In this document: one piece after another, positions 55,997 to 64,000 of the stretch
Position numbering within the stretch: the first letter of the stretch is position 1
Layout: each line of letters begins with the position of its first letter
Assembly: GCF_009914755.1 (NCBI RefSeq)
Contig: NC_060938.1
Length of the DNA: 64,000 nucleotides
Strand: one strand, 5' to 3'
Source: the human T2T-CHM13v2.0 reference genome, Homo sapiens
Program-made: the position numbers and the translations under genes
The notes under the pieces: generated by a model
What the model was told of the DNA's origin: nothing
Databases searched by the model: none
What the model saw: the letters and a program-made list of their open reading frames with translations, nothing else

Positions 55997-58449
55997 CTTT
56001 AGGCAAATCCTGGCGAATATTTACATCTCTTGGATGATCGGTTCAGAAATATGTCACAATGCCCCCTCCCTGAGGAGCCTAGAGAAGATTTGCATCATTT
56101 GGGTGATCGGTGCAGAGATATATCACAATGTCCCCTGTACAAAAAGCCTGGAAATGATTTACATCACCTCAGTGATCAGTCCATAGGTATGTTAGAAATC
56201 TCCAGTAGGTTGAAACTAGACAAGGGTTACATCACTTAGGTGATCAGTGTAGAGATATGTGAAAATTCCCGTGTAGACAGAGCCTAGACAAGTGTTACAT
56301 ATCCTAGTAATCAGTGCAGGGAGATGTCATAAAACCTCCTGTAGGCGGAATGTAGACACCTGTTTCCTCCCTGGGGAGATCAGTGCAGAGATACGTCACA
56401 AAGGCCCTGTAAGCAGAACCTTGACAAGTGTTACATCACCTGTTTGACCAGTGGAAATGTATATCAGAAAGCCCCCTGTAGGCAAAGCCCAGACAATTGT
56501 TACATCACCTGGGTGAGCAGTGGAGAGATCTGTCACAATTCCCCTGTAGGCAGAGCTTTGACAAGGGTTACATCACCTAATTGATCAGTGCAGAGATATG
56601 TCAAAACGCTCCCGTAGGCTGAACATAGACAGGAGTTACATCAACTGGGTAATCAATGCAGAGATATGTGAGAATTCCCATGTAGGCAGAGCCTAGACAA
56701 GAGTTACATGACCTACGTGATCAGTGCAGAGACATATCACAATATCCCTGTAGGCAGAGCCTTGACAATTGGTACATCACCTGGGTGATCATTGCAGGGA
56801 TATGTCACAAAGCAACCTGTAGGCAGATCCTAGAAAAGAGTTACATCACCTGGGTGATCAGTGCACAGATATGTCACAATGCCACTGTAGGCAGAGCCTA
56901 GAAAAGAGTTACATGACCTAGGTGATCAGTGCACAGATACATCACAATTACCCCGTAGGCAGAGCCTTGACAAGTGGTATATCACCTGGGTGATCACTGC
57001 AGGGATATGTCACAAAGCACCCTGTAGTCAGATCCTAGAGAAGAGTTATATCACCTGGGTGATCATTGCAGAGATATGTCACAAGCCCCCTGAAGGCAGA
57101 GCCTTGACAAGTGTTATATCACCTTGGTGATCAGTGCAGTCATATGTCACATTGCCGTGTAGCCAGAGCATAGAATAAAGCAATAGCACCTGGGAGTTCA
57201 GTGCAGAGATATGTCACAATGTCCCCAGTGGGCAGAGACCAGGCAAGAGTTGGATCACCTCGGGATCAGTGCAGAGATATATCTCAATCCCCCTGTGGAC
57301 ACAGCCTAGACAAGAGTTACCTCACCTCGGTTAACAGTGCAGAGATATGTCAAAATGCCCCTGTAGGCAAAGCCTACACAAGTATTACATCACTTAGGTG
57401 ATCAGTGCATAGATATGTCACAATAACCCCTGTAAACAGAGCCTAGACAAGAGTAACATCACGTAGGTGATCAGTGCAGAGATATGTGACAAGACCCCAT
57501 TCAACAGAGTCTAGACAATAGTTACGTAACCTGAGTGATCAATGCAGAGATCTGTCACAATGCCCTTTAGGCAGACCTTAGACCAGAGTGACAACACCTG
57601 GGTGATCAGTGCAGAGATATGTCACAATGCGCCCATAGGCAAATCCAAGACAAAAGTCCGTCACCTGTGTGATCAGTTCAGAAATATGTGAGAATGCCCC
57701 CAGTAGGCAGAGCCTAGAGAACAGTCCCTTCACCTGGGTGATCAGTGCAGATATATTTCACAATGCCCCTGCAGGCAGAGTGTAAGCAAGAGTTACATCA
57801 CCTAGATGATCAGTGCAGAGATATGTCACAAGGCTCCCTATAGTCAAAGCCTGGACAAGAGTTACACCACCTGGGTGATCAGTGCAGAGATATGTCACAA
57901 TGCCACTGTAGGCAGAGCCTAAACAAGAGTTACATGACCTAGGTGATCAGTGCAGAGATACATCACAATGCCCCTGTAGGCAGAGCCTTGACAAGTGGTA
58001 TATCACCTGGGTGATCATTGCAGGGATATATCACAAAACACCCTGTAGTCAGATTCTAGGGAAGAGGTATATCACCTCGGTGATCAATGCAGTGATATGT
58101 CACTATGCCCCGTAGGCAGAGCCTTGTCAAGCGTTACATCACCTGGGTGATCAGTGCAGAGATATGTCATAATGCCACCATACACAGAGCCTAGACAACA
58201 GTCCCATCACCTGGGTGATCAGTGAAGAAATATGTCACAATGCCCGCGTAGGCAGATTCAACACAAGAGTTACATCACCTGGGTGATCAGTGTAAGGATA
58301 TGTCACAATGCCCCCATAGGCAGGGCCTAAACAAAAGTCCCATCAGCTGGGTGATCAGTGCAGAGATATGAGAGATATGTCACAAAGCCCCTGTAGGCAG
58401 ACCCTAGACAAGTGTTATATCACTTTGTTTATCAGTTCAGAGTTGTGTC
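55997..58449 (+). repeat. Beta-satellite array (~2.45 kb)
   Basis: Plus-strand 68-bp monomers. Confidence 0.97.
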
Positions 58450-61214
<2,765 letters not shown>

Positions 61215-63480
61215 CTTTAGTCAAAGCCTGGAGAATAGTTACATCTCCTGGATGATCCGTTCAGAAATATGTCACAATGCCCCTTCCCTGCAGAGCGTAG
61301 AGAAGATTTGTATCATTTGGGTGATCAGTGCAGAGATTTATCACAATGTCCCCTGTACAAAAAGCCTGGAAATGATTTACATCACCTTGGTGATCAGTGC
61401 ATAGGTATGTCAAAAATCCCTAGTAGGCTGAACCTAGACAAGGGTTACATCACTTAGGTGATCAGTGTAGAGATATGTGAAAATTCCCATGCAGACAGAG
61501 CCTAGACAGGTGTTACATCACCTAGGGATCAGTGCAGGGATAAGTCATAAAGCCTCCTGTAGGCAGAGTGTAGACAACTGTTTCCTCCCTGTGGTGATCA
61601 GTGCAGAGATATGTCACAAAACCCCTATAAGCAGAACTTTGACAAGGGTTACATCACGTGTTTGATCAGTGGAAATGTATATCACAAAGACCCCTGTAGG
61701 CAAAGCCCAGACCAGAGTTACATCACCTGGGTGAGCAGTGGAGAGATATGTCACAATGCCCCTGTAGGCAGAGCTTAGACAAGGGTTACATCACCTGGGT
61801 GATCAGTGCAGACATATGTCAAAACGCTCCTGTAGGCTGAACATAGACAGGAGTTACATCACCCAGGTGATCAGTGCAGAGATATCTGAGAATTCCCGTG
61901 TAGGCAGAGCCTAGACAAGTGTTATATCACCTAGGTTATCAGTGCAGGTATAAGTCATAAAGCCTCTTGTAGGCAGAGCATAGACCAGAGTTCCCTCCCC
62001 AGGGTGATCAGTGCAGAGATGTGTCACAAAGCCCCTGTAGGCAGAGCCTAGACAAGAGTTTCATCACTTGGTTGATCAGTTCAGAGTTGTGTCACAGTGT
62101 CCATGTAGGCAGATCTAAGACAAGTGTCCATAACATGGGTGATCTGAGCAGAGATATGTACCAATGTCCCCAGCAGGCAGTGCCTAGACAAGAGTTGCAT
62201 CACCTCAGAGATCAGTGCATAGATATGTCACAAAGCCTTCTATAGGCAAAGCTCATACAAGGCTTACATCACCTAGGTGATCAGTGCAGTGATATGTCAC
62301 AAAAATCCCTGTAGACAGAGCCTAGAATATAGTTGCATCACCTGGGTGATCAGTGCAGATATTTGACACAATGTCCCCATAGACAGAGCCTAGACAAGAC
62401 TTCCATCACCTGGGTGATCAGTGCAGAGATATTTCACAATGCCCCCTGTAGGCAGAGAGTGGAAAAGAGTTAGATAACCTAGTTGATCTTTGCAGAACTA
62501 TGTCAAAACGCCCCTATAGGCAGAGCCTAGATAAATATTACATCACCTGGGTGATCAGTGCAGAGATACGTCACAATACCCTCTGTAGGTGGAGCCTAGA
62601 CAAGAGTTACATCACCTGGGTGATCAGTGCAGAGATATGTCACAAAGCCCCTTTAGGTGGAGCCTAGACAAGAGTTACATCACCTGGGTGATCAGTGCAG
62701 AAATATGTCACAAAGCCCCTGTAGGCCGAGGCTAGAAAAGAGTTACATCACGTGGGTTATCAGTGCAGAGATATCTCACAATATCCCCTGTAAGCAGAGT
62801 CTAGACAAGAGTTACATCACGTGGGTGATCAGTGTAGAGATGTGTCATAAATCGCACTGTACGCAAACCCTAGACAAGTTTTACATCACCTCAGCGATCA
62901 GTGCAGAGATATGTCCCAGTGTCCCTCTTGGCAGAGCTTAGACAAGAGTCACATCTCCTGGGTGATCAGTGCAGAGGTAAGTCATAATGCCCCCATAGGC
63001 AGGCCTAGACAAGAGTTATATAACCCGGGTGATCATCAGTGCAGAGATATGTCACGATGCCCCCATAGGCAGATCCAAGACAAGAGTCCATCACCTGGGT
63101 GATCACTGCCGAAATATGCCACAATGCCGCCATTGGGCAGATATAGAGAAGAGTTACATCACCTCCGTGATCACTGCAGAGATATGTCACAATGCCCCTG
63201 TAGGCAGAGCCTAGAGAAGTGTCCCATCACCTGGGTGATCAGTGCAGAGTTATGTCACAATGCCTCCTTTTGGCAGAGCCTAGACAAGGGTTACATCACC
63301 TGGGTGATCAGTGCAGAGATGTGCCACAAGCCCCCTGTAGCCAGAGCCTAGACAAGTGTTACATCAGCTGTGTGATCAGTGCAGTGACATGTCACAATGC
63401 CCCTGTAGCCATATTCTTGACAAAAGAGACATCACCTGGGTGATCAGTGCGCAGATATGTCACAATGTCTTCAGTAGGCA
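61215..63480 (+). repeat. Beta-satellite array (~2.3 kb)
   Basis: Plus-strand 68-bp monomers. Confidence 0.97.
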
Positions 63481-63868
63481 CTGATCACCCCAGGGAGAAA
63501 ACACTTTTCTACCCTCTGCCTACAGGAGGCTTTATGACTGAATCCCTGCACTAATCACTACGTGATGTAACACTTGTCTAGGCTCTGTCTACACGGGAAT
63601 TTTCACAGATCTCTACACTGATCACCTAAGTGATGTAACCCTTGTCTAGGGTCAGCCTACTGGGGATTTCTGACACACGTATGCACTGATCACCGAGGTG
63701 ACATAAATCATTTCCAGGCTTTTTTTTGCAGGTGACATTGTGAAATATCTCTGCATTGACCACCCAAATGATGCAAATCTCCTCTGAGCTCCGCAGGGAG
63801 GGGCATTGTGACATATTTCTGAACTGATCATCCAGGAGATGTAACTATTCTGCAGGCTGTGACTAAAG
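63481..63868 (-). repeat. Beta-satellite array (388 bp)
   Basis: Orientation flips at taggca|ctgatcacc, as at 12076. Confidence 0.95.
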
Positions 63869-64000
63869 AGCGCCGGAAGGTGTTGGGAGAGCCTCAGCCG
63901 GAATTTCACGGACGGACAAGGGCACAGAGAGGCCAGCGGGCTCCCTTGCACGTCAGCCGCGGTGCGCAATGAGCGCAGGTCTAGCCAGGAGGTCGGTAAA
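63869..64000 (-). repeat. pLAM-like 3' end of the next D4Z4-like unit L (cut by window edge)
   Basis: Paralogous to 12465-12596. Confidence 0.85.

Overview
Hominoid (human or great-ape) heterochromatic DNA built from two components only. (i) 68-bp beta-satellite (Sau3A/BSR; monomer ~GATCAGTGCAGAGATATGTCACAATGCCCCTGTAGGCAGAGCCTAGACAAGAGTTACATCACCTGGGT) in 13 blocks. (ii) About 12 dispersed D4Z4/3.3-kb-family units carrying DUX4-like double-homeobox sequences, labelled here A-L. Full units are ~2.7-2.8 kb and share identical 5' and 3' junctions with the satellite: truncated D4Z4 upstream region, promoter, DUX ORF, exon 2/KpnI region, pLAM-like tail, then beta-satellite. The window is therefore a decayed composite DUX-pLAM-beta-satellite macrosatellite with a period of ~5-8 kb. 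It contains two inverted blocks (8601-12076 and ~50797-63480), one head-to-tail D4Z4 dimer, and a direct duplication 51.4 kb apart. No copy encodes full-length DUX4. Copy H keeps both homeodomains (297 aa) behind a TATAA box, copy A gives a 372-aa frameshifted product, and copies B, C and K keep the C-terminal activation-domain frame. This architecture is typical of acrocentric short arms, Yq11 or pericentromeric DUX4L clusters rather than the 4q35/10q26 arrays; the chromosome cannot be fixed from sequence alone. Comparisons with 4q35 DUX4/pLAM rely on my recall of that sequence and need confirming by alignment.
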